Assembly: GCA_951406725.2 (NCBI GenBank)
Contig: OX597831.1
Span: forward strand, 53,072,001 to 53,136,000
Direction: 5' to 3'
Source of the DNA: Octopus vulgaris
Lineage: Eukaryota
Length of the DNA stretch: 64,000 nt
Part shown: positions 1-10,878 of the stretch, piece by piece
Layout: the number at the start of each line of letters is the position of its first letter
Numbering within the stretch: the first letter of the stretch is position 1
Notes under the pieces: generated by a model
What the model was told of the DNA's origin: nothing
What the model saw: only the letters and a program-made list of their open reading frames with translations
Databases searched by the model: none
Position numbers and translations under genes: made by a program

Positions 1-331
1 CCTTGAAGAATTTTTAGTCAAATAAATCGACATCAGCATTTATTTTCCCTTATTTTGAGAAGCCTGGTACTTATTCTATCAGTCTCTTTTGCCGAACCAC
101 TAAGTTATGAGGATGTAAACACACCAACATCATTTGTCAAGCAGTGACAGGGAACAAACATAGACACTAACACATAGATATATGTGTGTGTGTGTGTGTA
201 TATATAAATATATGATGGGCTTCTTTCAGTTTCTATCTACCAAATTCACTCACAAGGCAAAGCTGCAGTGGGACTGAACCTGGAACCATGTGGTTGGAAA
301 GCAAGCTTCTTATCACACAGCCACACCTGTG
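1..331 (-). mobile_element. tRNA-derived SINE, family A (partial)
   Basis: Reverse complement of the family A head and body seen at 5892, 32208 and 38178. Confidence 0.8.
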
Positions 332-385
332 CTTGTTCAACATTTTCCAAAATAATAGAAACATCAGTTAAAAAAAAATGCTAAA

Positions 386-391
386 TTTATT
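386..391 (-). promoter_or_regulatory. Candidate MED8 polyadenylation signal (AATAAA)
   Basis: AATAAA about 260 nt downstream of the MED8 stop on the minus strand, followed by a U-rich tract. Confidence 0.45.
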
Positions 392-653
392 GAATTAAAA
401 ACAAAAAAAATGTTTACAAAATATTCAAGGAGAGATTGTTTTCCCCAAAATGAATTTTAAAAAGTTTAGAGAAGGAACAAAATGAATCAATAATTTAAGT
501 AAAAATAAGTTTGTTGCACTGTGCAGTAGGTTTTTGATATAGATCCTCTTTTCTGTTACCTTCATTAAGTTAGCAGTCAGAAATACTGTAGTAATATCTG
601 TTGAGATATAGATGTGCGTTTTTTTTTCTTTGCACACAGTTTCAAATACTACC

Positions 654-736
654 TCAGGAACGCTGGTAAGGATGACTGGAGGCTGCTTTGATGTTAGTCT
701 TGATAGTGCTTGGAGCTTTAGAAATATTGGTGGAAG
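654..736 (-). CDS. MED8: MED8 exon 7 (last coding exon; stop TGA at 654-656)
   Basis: Acceptor atatttccag; encodes [27 protein letters not shown], the conserved MED8 C-terminal IKTNIK...HPYQR motif. Confidence 0.95.
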
Positions 737-3700
737 CTGGAAATATATAAAAATTAAAGGGTAGTTTTTAAGAACACAGATTATGACCATAAATATGAAA
801 AAAATCAATCATGTTATGCTTTGCTGAACCTTTTTAAGACTAACTTAACTGACAACAGATTCCACCTTTATTTTGATGTTGGCTTGTTTGCGATAGAAAA
901 TACATCAATATGTTGCTACTTAGTCCCTGGGGAACCTGGAACAAGCAGGTCTATAATCAAAAGCTCTCCAATTGCGATTATCCTGCCTTTTCTAGACATC
1001 ATTGAAGGTGTATTTTTAAGACAATATGGTTTAATTTGGCTACTTTCACAATCACATGGTTTTAGTTTTGTTCCACTGCATAGCACCTTGGCAGTGTATC
1101 TTCTACTACAGCCCTGGTCAGGCAAAAACATGAGTGAATTTGGTAGAGTGAAACTGCAGGTAGCTTGTGGTGTGCATGTGATGCATGAAAGCTGACCTTC
1201 CAAGCAAATCACCACTTGAGCAAAATGGTCATAATGTTCACATTCCTTGTTGACATTATGACCTGTGGCTCTGTATACTGAAAGATCACCATCATCATTT
1301 TAATGTCAGCTTTGCCATGCTTGCATGGGTTGGTCGGAGTTTATGGAGGCAGATTTTCTACAGACAGATACCCTTCCTGTTGCCAGCACCCATCTGTTTC
1401 CAATCAAGGTAATATTTCCTCATGGCTTGACGTGTGTTTAGAAATTACTGACATTCATTTACACATTCACATGATGTCAAAACAAGAGAGCTCGCATGCA
1501 TGACAAGCTTCTTTCAGTTTCCAGCAACCAAATCTCAAGGCTAAGGTTGGTCCAAGGTTATAATAGAAGACACATGCCTAAGGTGCTACATAGTGGGACT
1601 GAACCCCAAACTGTGTTGTTGGGAAGCAAAGTTCTTAACCACACAGCCTGCGCTTATATAACAATACATAACACAACATGTATTTAAGAGGTTAAAAGAA
1701 ATGTAAAATGAATGAAAATGTGAGATAACTTACCTGGTGGCTTCTGAGTCTGTGGCTGAGTATTAATGTTGTTATTCTGATGAGAATTCTCAGAACGTCG
1801 AGGTGTCGGTTGTTTGAGACCTTTTCCAATAGTGATGGCCTGAATTAGAGTATTGGTATCTGCCATTGAAGATGTCTGTGGCTGTGCCGATTTCTGATCT
1901 GAAGTCCAAAAGGTAAGAAAAATTCATTTCCAGTAGACGACAGCAATATATGTGTCAGAGGTACCTTATCAATATGACCCAAATAGATATGATAGCTGGT
2001 AGTCCAATGCTACTGGCCTGTATCTTATCAGTTCAGATCTTGGCTGTTGATGAGTTCGTGGTGCTCGAGAAAAATTACCAGGTTGTTGGTAAAACATATC
2101 AAATCTGGGAACATTATCATTACCTATGATAACTAATCTCCCTTTTTAATGTGCAAAGCCAGGAGAAAAGCCAATTTTACTACATTTTTTCTGCATTGAT
2201 AACTATATTGATTGGAAAATAAAATTGAATATATGTGTGTGTATGAAAAGATATGGCTTAGTGGTTAGGGAGTTGCACTCATGATTGTGAGATTGTGGTT
2301 TTGATACCTAGATCAGGTGTTGCGTTATATTCTTGACCAAAACACTTCATTTCACATTGCTCTGCAAGCATTTCGTCATCTGACATGTAGCACATGGTGC
2401 ACTTCTACAAGTAATGTCAATATGATAGAGGAATTGAGCTTATGTGAACACAAACATTTGATCACTGATTGGTTTAAGGCTACAAAGTAAGTGGTGTGTA
2501 GCAGAACTGAACCTGAAACCATGTGGTTTGTAAAGTGAGCTTCTTAACCACACAGCCATCCCATCCCTGCACCTAAATATCAATTAAATTTCATAAGTTT
2601 TGTTGCAGTTGTTAGTTTTAAATAATTTTTCTCCAGCTCATACTCATACTCATATAATACCTCCCATACTTACTTGCTTCGCTTTCCCATTCTTCTCGAG
2701 CAGAATTGATGATGTCAATGATGTTGCTGGTGATTTTGTTTAGAGAATTTAATTGTTTCTGAAAAAAAAAAAAGAAAGAAACTGAAGTATCCAGATGGCA
2801 TTACTCTCTAATTTTTTGAAATACAATAATAATTTCCCCAGAGACATTTACTGTTTTAACTGGATTCTATTTTGTTCAAAAGGTGTGCTGAAAATCACAG
2901 ATGTTTAAACATGTTTTTATATAGTAACCCTTATCTGTTATTGAAATTCTCTCTCACTGACTTTCTGTTTTGCCTTTTCTTTTCTAGAGAAGGACCAATG
3001 CCCATCATCATCCTCATTTAGTGTCCATTTTCCATGCTGGAATGGGTTAGATAGTTTCATTGGAACTGCTAAGCTGGAGGGTTGCATCAGGCTCCAGTCT
3101 GTTTTAGCTTGGATTCTACAGCTGGATGCTCTTCCTAACACTAACCATTCTACAGAGTGTACCGGTAGCCTTTTATGTGTCACTATTATAATACAAACCG
3201 CACCACCATCACTTTAGTCAGGAGGAAGAGCATTAACTGTGCCCTTTAATAGGCAGTATTAAAGGGAATAGGTTCTGAAGACCGAAGGGAGGAAGCTATC
3301 CTCAAACTATAAACCTGGTCCAAATGCTTACGATAGACTAAAGGTACTCAGTGACCAGATACTATTGTCATTAAATTAAGTCCATTATCCAAGTACACTA
3401 CCGTCAGAAATTAATTAGCACCCTTGATTTGCTCTTCACTCAAGGTATGTGCTGTCACCTAGTGGCCATATCTCGAACTATTGCTTTGTTGCGAGTTCAC
3501 TGTTGCGCAGAACGATGACGTAACTTTGTTTGCAGAGCAGTTTGAGAGTCTACAGCCTTATGATGTTGACATAGCAGTGCAACAACTTGGAGTGCGGATG
3601 CAGACAAATCTTCCTTTGTTTAATAGATATAGGTAGCGCCTCGCAAGGACCGAAATCACACCATACTAAGTTTTCTCATCGCGTAAGACGTTTTGAACAG

Positions 3701-6700
3701 CTCATAAGGTTAATTGATTTAACCTATTTAATGTAGAAATTTGAGAAGTGCTAATTAATTTCTGACGCAAGTGTAAGTCCCAGTGAGATTTGACTCAGAC
3801 TACAAAGTCAACAAATACAGCATGGTCTAAAACACAAAGAGACAGTAAACACAGCGCTGACTCAGATCACAAAGAGCCAACAAATGCAACATTGACTCAG
3901 ACCACAAAGACTTAATAAATACAGCATACACTCGAACACAAAGAGTCATCAAATATAGCACTGACTCAAACCACACAAAGAGCCAACAAATATGGCATTG
4001 CCTCTGAACACAGAATCAACAAATATATATTTCTTTACTGCCCACAAGGAACTAAACAGAGGGGACAAACAAGGACAGACAAACGGATTAAGTCGATTAC
4101 ATCGACCCCCAGTGCGAAACTGGTGCTTTATTTATCGACTCTGAAAGGATGAAAGGCAAAGTCGACCTCGGTGGAATTTGAACTCAGAACGTAGCGACAG
4201 ACGAAATACCACTAAGCATTTCGCCCGGCATGCTAACGTTTCTGCCAGCTCGCCACCTCAAATATAGCAAGGCATTCAGCCTGTCACTAACAATTCTGCT
4301 GGTCCACTGCCAAAGACTGGTGTGTTATTGATTGATCCCAAACCCCACAAGCACCAGGGAAGGACGAAAGGCAAAGCTGAGTTCAAAGGAATTTGAATTC
4401 AGTTATGCAAGAAGCCAGAGTAAATACTTCTAGGCATTTCGTCTGATGCACATATGATTTTGTCAATTCATTGTTGCTAACATCATGGCTATGTGTTCAA
4501 ATATTACCACGATGAATATGTTGCAACTAAAACAAATTATATAATTCTTTTTGCCTCACTCTGCTTGTCTGAGAACAGGTACCAGGCCTACTTTACAGCT
4601 AAGTGTTTGGCTGCTAAGTAGAAAGTACTCAAGAGAAAAATAATAATAACAATTGTTACAAATTTTGGTACAAGGCCAGAAATTTCAGAGGGAGGAGTTT
4701 AGTTGGTTATATTTACTCCAGTATTTCACTGGCACTTTGTATTATTGACACCAAAAGAATGAAATACAAAGTCAACCTCAGCAGTATTTGAACTCAAAAT
4801 ATAAAGAGCTGAAAGAAATTTCATTAAACATTTTGTCTGTTGCTCCAACAATTTCTGCCAGTTTGCCACCTTAAGAATTGTAGTAATCGTTTCAGATTTT
4901 GGCACAAGGCCGGCAATTTTGAGGGGTGATGGAGATAGTTGATTACGTCATCCCCTGTACTTGACTGGTATTTTATTTTATCACCCCAAAAAGATGAAAA
5001 ATACAGTTGTCCTTGAAAGGATTTGAACCTAAAATTTAAAGAGCCAAAAGAAATACTGCCAAGCATTTTGTCTGATTCTGCCAGCATGCTGCCATAATAA
5101 TACTAATATCTAAAAAAAAAAAAAAAAACCCATAAATTGCTAAGCAATTAACAATAGCTAAGCATTTAATTTTAAATAAAATATGTAAGAATATAAATGA
5201 AAGAAAAAAAAAACAAAAAAAAAAACAGGATAACACTTCCAAATAATTTATATAACATAGCTTTCTACAAACATTTGGTGAATAAGTAAATATGTAAAAA
5301 AGAAATCAAATAAATTAGTTTCCAATCAACTCACTCTAGTTACTGTTGCGTCCTCAACTAACATGTTTTCATTCTTTATTCCTTTGCCCTGTCAAAACAA
5401 AAGCAAACAAGTTATAAACACATTAGTAAAATATGGTGTTACTCTTATTAATGTTGAAATGCTATGTATTACTTATGTAAAATGTAGCATTCACCATAAC
5501 ATGGACTATGAAGAAGGAGCTATACACTAGGCTTCTCACAAGGGCTTGGAAACATTTCATTGGTGGATACAAAACCAAAGCGGAAATTTATGGATACATT
5601 CCATCAATCTCTAGTGTACGAGACATTTTGACACAGCTGTTTTGGTGTCACTGGTTTGATGCTGACTTATTTGACATTAGACGTTTTAGATGTTTCTCTC
5701 ATTCTCTCACACTCTCTTTACCAATGTGTATGTGCATATTTCTCTTTATGTGTCTGAGGTGAAAGTGTGTTTAGGTCAATCACATTCAATTAATAAATTG
5801 TAATATCCCTCTATTTCTCCCCACTCTCTGTCTGTATGTGTACATTGTTATGGACATGCCCTTACTATCAACAAGTGTTTTGATAATTTATAGGCGTAGG
5901 AGTGGCTGTGTGGTAAGTAGCTTGCTTACAAACCACATGGTTCCGGGTTCAGTCCCACTGCGTGGTACCTAGGGCAAGTGTCTTCTACTATAGCCTCAGG
6001 CCGCTCAAAGCCTTGTGAGTGGATTTGGTACACGGAAACTGAAAGAAACCCGTCGTATATATGTGTGTGTGTGTGTATGCTTGTCCCCCCAACTTCGCTT
6101 GACAACCGATGCTGGTGTGTTTACGTCCTCTAACTTAGCGGTTCAGCAAAAGAGACCGATAAAACAAGTACTAGTCGATTTGATCGACTAAAGGCAGTGC
6201 TCCTGCATGGCCACAGTCAAATGACTGAAACAAGTAAAAGAGTAATGCTGGATTTACATTCTGCTACCAGTAGAGCTTAGAGTTACACTCTCTTAATGCC
6301 AGTAGGACTAAATCCAGTTAATAGAGATATCAGTATAGGAAGCCATAATTTTAAGTATCTAGACTCTGGTCACAGCACAGAAGGTGACAGGATAGGCACT
6401 ATCAATCTCTCTGATCAGTGATCTGATTTTTAAATGACTAAACCATATTTACTGCAGAAAGATTTTAAAAAAATTAATTAATTAAATAAAAGTAATGATT
6501 ACATGACTGTCTTATTTTTATGTGACATTAACCAATACTGATCTCTAGAGGCAAGAAGGCCACATATTTTAAGAGAAAGAACAATCATATTTTTACTTGA
6601 CTTTGCAGGGCATCCAAAACCAGTGGGATTGATACAATTTGTTTCTCTTGAATAGCTGACGGTCGTGGGACAAAAATATATATATATATATGTAAAATTA

Positions 6701-9700
6701 AAAAATATTTTTGTTGTTTTTGTAAAATCTCAGAAAATAATTAAAAATTCACATTTTTTATTAAATTATTTTGTTATACTTGTCTATCCAACTGTAAATA
6801 TTTTAAATATCTCACTAACTTTTTGTTATAACTTGGTAAAAGAGTACATATTTTGCCAAAAATTGCCAAATTTGTTCCCACTGAGAGAGAGAGAGAGAGA
6901 GTGAGTGAGTTCCAAAATTAGATCAGAATAGAATAGTTAGCGTGAGGTCTGAGGGGGAAATAATACGGACAATAGGAGGAGAAAAGATAAGTGAGTTTCA
7001 AGTACCTGAGTAGAGGTTGTACAAAACCAACCAGCCTCAAGCAGCAGAGGCCACTGAAATAGGTGTAGAAGAGTCAGAGAGAAAACATGGCATGTCTGCA
7101 AGTCAGAGATTGGAGTAATTTTCTGGGATGTTAAATCAAGAAGGTCCTTTACAAGTAGTTGGATAAGAATGTTTGTTATGTGTGTATAAGCATACATGAT
7201 GGACAAAGTATGAGCATCTAGTTCTTCAATCAACTGAATGACCTGCTAATTGAATTAACAAGCAGCATAGGTGAGTATTTCATAGGCACCCAACGTTCGA
7301 AGGTGAAGCTTGACTTTTGAATGTTGGGCCTCATGAAGGCAATGACAAGTGACCGAGACCTTTGGAGATATGCTGTGCTTGAGAAGACCCAGCAATCCAA
7401 GTGAAACTGTAACTGTGGCCTATGCCAGTGCAGCATAACCGGCCCATTTAGGAGTACCTTTCAATCATTGGGCAATAAACTGCCCTTGTGAAGACCTTTT
7501 GAGCCAAGTGAAGTCATTGTTGTGGCTGATGAGAGTGCCACCTGACTGGTCCCGTGCCGGTGGCACTTAAAAAGCACTATTCGAGTGTGGTCAATGCCAG
7601 TACTGCCTGATTGGCCCTCATGCCAGTGGCACGTAAAAAGCACCCACTACACTCTCAGAATGGTTGGCATTAGGAAGGGCATCCAGATCAGATTGGAGCC
7701 TGGTGCAGCCTTCTAGCTTGCCAACCCTCAGTCAGACCATCCAACCCATGCCAGTATGGAAAGTGGATGTTAAACGATGATGATAATGAATTAGTGTAGA
7801 AAGCTGTACCATTAAATTTCACTTACAAATCTTGGGTCAATCTGAAGCTATGGTAAAGACCCTTGCCCAACATGTCACACAGTGATATCGAACTCAGGAT
7901 CTCATGGTTTTGTAGTAAATCTTTTTACCATTTGGTTACTTGTGTATCCATATTGTGTGTGTGTGTATATATATATATGCATGTTAGGAATACCAAAAAG
8001 TAATGCCACAGTTTCAAGCAAATGATCTGAAGTCATGTTACTAATATATTACTAATCTTTAAGGTCAGTCCAATCATTGATCTTGTTTAGCTGAAGTTAA
8101 CATTTGAATTTGATAACCCACGTTTTCTTTTTAGACAATTCATGGATGGCAAGGACTTTGAAAAGTATCACTATCAACACTGCTTGCTTTACAAATTTCA
8201 TACAGGTAACAATGTAATATGTGCAGTGAAAAACATATGCACTGTATATCCTGACATAAATCATCATTGTTATTTTAACGTCCAGGTTTCCATGCTTGCA
8301 TGGGTCAGATGGATTTTGTTGAGGTGGATTTCCTATAGTATGAGGCTCTTCCTGTTGCCAACTCTAACCTGTTTCCAGTCAAGATAATATTTCTCTATAA
8401 CCAGACATATTTCCATGGAAGATTGCAAATGAAAGATATTCTTTGCATGATGGGGACACTTAAAGCATATGATGGGCTTCTTTCAGTTTCTGTCTACCAA
8501 ATCCATTCACAAGGCTTTGGTTGGCCCAGGGCTGCAGTAGAAAATACTTGTTCAAAGTGCTATGCAGTCAGATCGAACCCAAAACTATGTGGTTGGAAAG
8601 CACACTTATTACATAACCATGCTGGAGTGTTTGAAGATGCCAGAAGTGTTTTAACAAGTTTAAGAATGTTAATTTTAATCCCTCTTGTTAATACTGATAA
8701 AGATCAAATTGTTCATGAGAATGACGCAGTGAAATCAGCAATTGAAGAGAACCTGTTTCTAAGTATTGGTAAGTTCTCCTGGAAAATGAATAAACCTTGG
8801 TCCATCTTCATGATTAAGTGAAAGAAATTAGAACAAAGTATTTAGAGAAAGGACTTTGACATCTCATAAACTATCCTTTGAGAATAAAGCTTTGCATTTA
8901 ATAATATGCAACTTTTTGGGAAAAAGCACTTCTTAGATGAATTGTGACCAAGCACAAGGAAATTGATTATCTATGTTAAAAAGAAATGTAAGAAGCAATG
9001 GCTATCAGAAATGAAATACTCTAACACCTACAGCAGAGTTGCATCAAAAGAAGCTTTTTGCTACACTGTTTGGTGGAATTCAACTGGTATTGTTCACCGA
9101 GTTATTGGAACAAGAGAGAAACAACACTGCACTGCTTTATTGGCAACAGCTTCTATGTGTGGGTCAACCTACTATTAATCTGTTCACTTCTCTACGGAGC
9201 ATAAGTCATCAGTCTTTGTCTTTTCAATTGTTATTGCCACAGAAAGTGCTCTGATGAACTTTCTCTCATAGTTCCAGATCACTTTGTGCCATCTTGCCTG
9301 ACTTGAAACTCACAGCATCTTCATCCATATACAGTTGTGCTTCCACAAATAAGGAAATAGTTTTTTTTTCTTTTGAACTGCCAGACATTGGAACTCTCTT
9401 CCATCTCATTGTTTTCTTCCTTCTTATGACCTGAACTCTTTCAAGTCTAAAGTAAATTCATTCCTTTCATCTGAATTTTTTCTTCAAATCCCTTACACTA
9501 AGTGGCTTCTTGCTTTGTTTGGGGACTTTCTTATTAAAAAAAAAGTCATTAATGATTTTTCTCTATTATTCTTAACTCTCAGTCGTCTTTTATTGTTTCT
9601 TTAACTTAGCCTTTTTTCTAGGTAGGGGGTCTATGCAACCCCAGTTTTACCTTTGGGGAGAAGGGTTTCATATTAATCTGACCACTATCCTTTGAGCTGT

Positions 9701-10831
9701 CCAGCATGGGAAGCTCTACCAAGAGCTTGCACTCTGCTGGCATAGCATTCAGGGTCTTTAAGGCACGCAAGCCATCACACCATAACAAGGACTGGACCTT
9801 GTGAAAGATGTGTGAATCAAGCTCTTTGCAAAAGTTCAAATCAACAGAAAATGTATCATTTAGTAATTTTCAGAGCCATATAACCAATAAAACAGATAAG
9901 GCCTTGAGAGTAAAAATTACTACTCACCCACCCTATTCACAAACTTAGCCTCTTTAGATTTTGACTCATTCAGAATGTTGACTACTAGAATGTTACCAGT
10001 GCTAAAACATTCACAAGCTAAGATGTTGCAACAGCATTAAAATTTGAGTTTTGTTGCACATCTTAGCTTCTGAATGTTAGACTTTTCCTCTTCTGAGAAT
10101 ATGATTTATTTTCAAACATAGAACCTAAAATACCTTGCAAAAATTGCGATATTATTTTTCGGTGTCCTGATGGGTTAGTGAATATAAGTGTCAAGTGTCA
10201 AATCTTAGATGTAGTGGTTTAACTAGTGGGCATAAGTTCAATCCCAGCGTCAATCAAACTATTAATACTTTGGTGCAATTGGAATGAACTAGTAGTATCA
10301 GAGGTAATAAGATATATAATAAGGAGACTATTCTTGATACAGACAATAGTAAGAAAATGATCCAACTCTGTAGATTTAATAAAAGATTCAGTTTGAAATT
10401 CTGAGAACATTACCGAATATGGAAGTTACATGAAGCAGACTTAAGAATACAATGGCCAAAATGTTCTGACAATAATAACTAAGGACACATATATGAATGA
10501 ATAAATCATTGTATCATAGTCAATAATCTAATAAAAAATATTTTGATTTTCTGTTGCTATTAAGACTAATAATGCTGCAATCTCAACTTGACCAAGTGTC
10601 GAGGAAAGCAATAATATTTTTAGAATTGTCAAAATGTTCTCACTTTAATAGATGTTCTCTGTATCTGAGCAATAAGGCCAAAACAATAATAATGTTAAGC
10701 AATAAACTATAAGGAAATTTGCATAAAGATAAAATCTTATAAAGGCTTGCAGAGAGTTGAGAAATGATTTTTCATAAAGGAAGTCATGCAACATAATTTG
10801 TAAGTAAAATAACACAGATGAATATATACAT

Positions 10832-10878
<47 letters not shown>

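Noticed and set aside
580-656. Minus-strand TGAGGTAGTA (first 10 nt of let-7) overlapping the MED8 stop, with a loose hairpin
   Set aside because: The 3' half does not match let-7, the hairpin has a large asymmetric loop, and the sequence overlaps coding DNA. As a target site it is on the wrong strand, and readthrough would stop again after 3 codons.
821-1215. 124-aa and 99-aa ORFs in MED8 intron 6
   Set aside because: They overlap a decayed SINE head and show no recognisable domain. Most short ORFs in the track are translations of SINEs or microsatellites.
4560-4616. Possible minus-strand exon ending AGA/gtgagg in MED8 intron 4
   Set aside because: The donor is weak. The better acceptors give an in-frame TAG, and the 9-nt version lacks a pyrimidine tract.
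5892-5965. tRNA-like A and B boxes
   Set aside because: Head of a multi-copy SINE with no cloverleaf, so not a tRNA gene.
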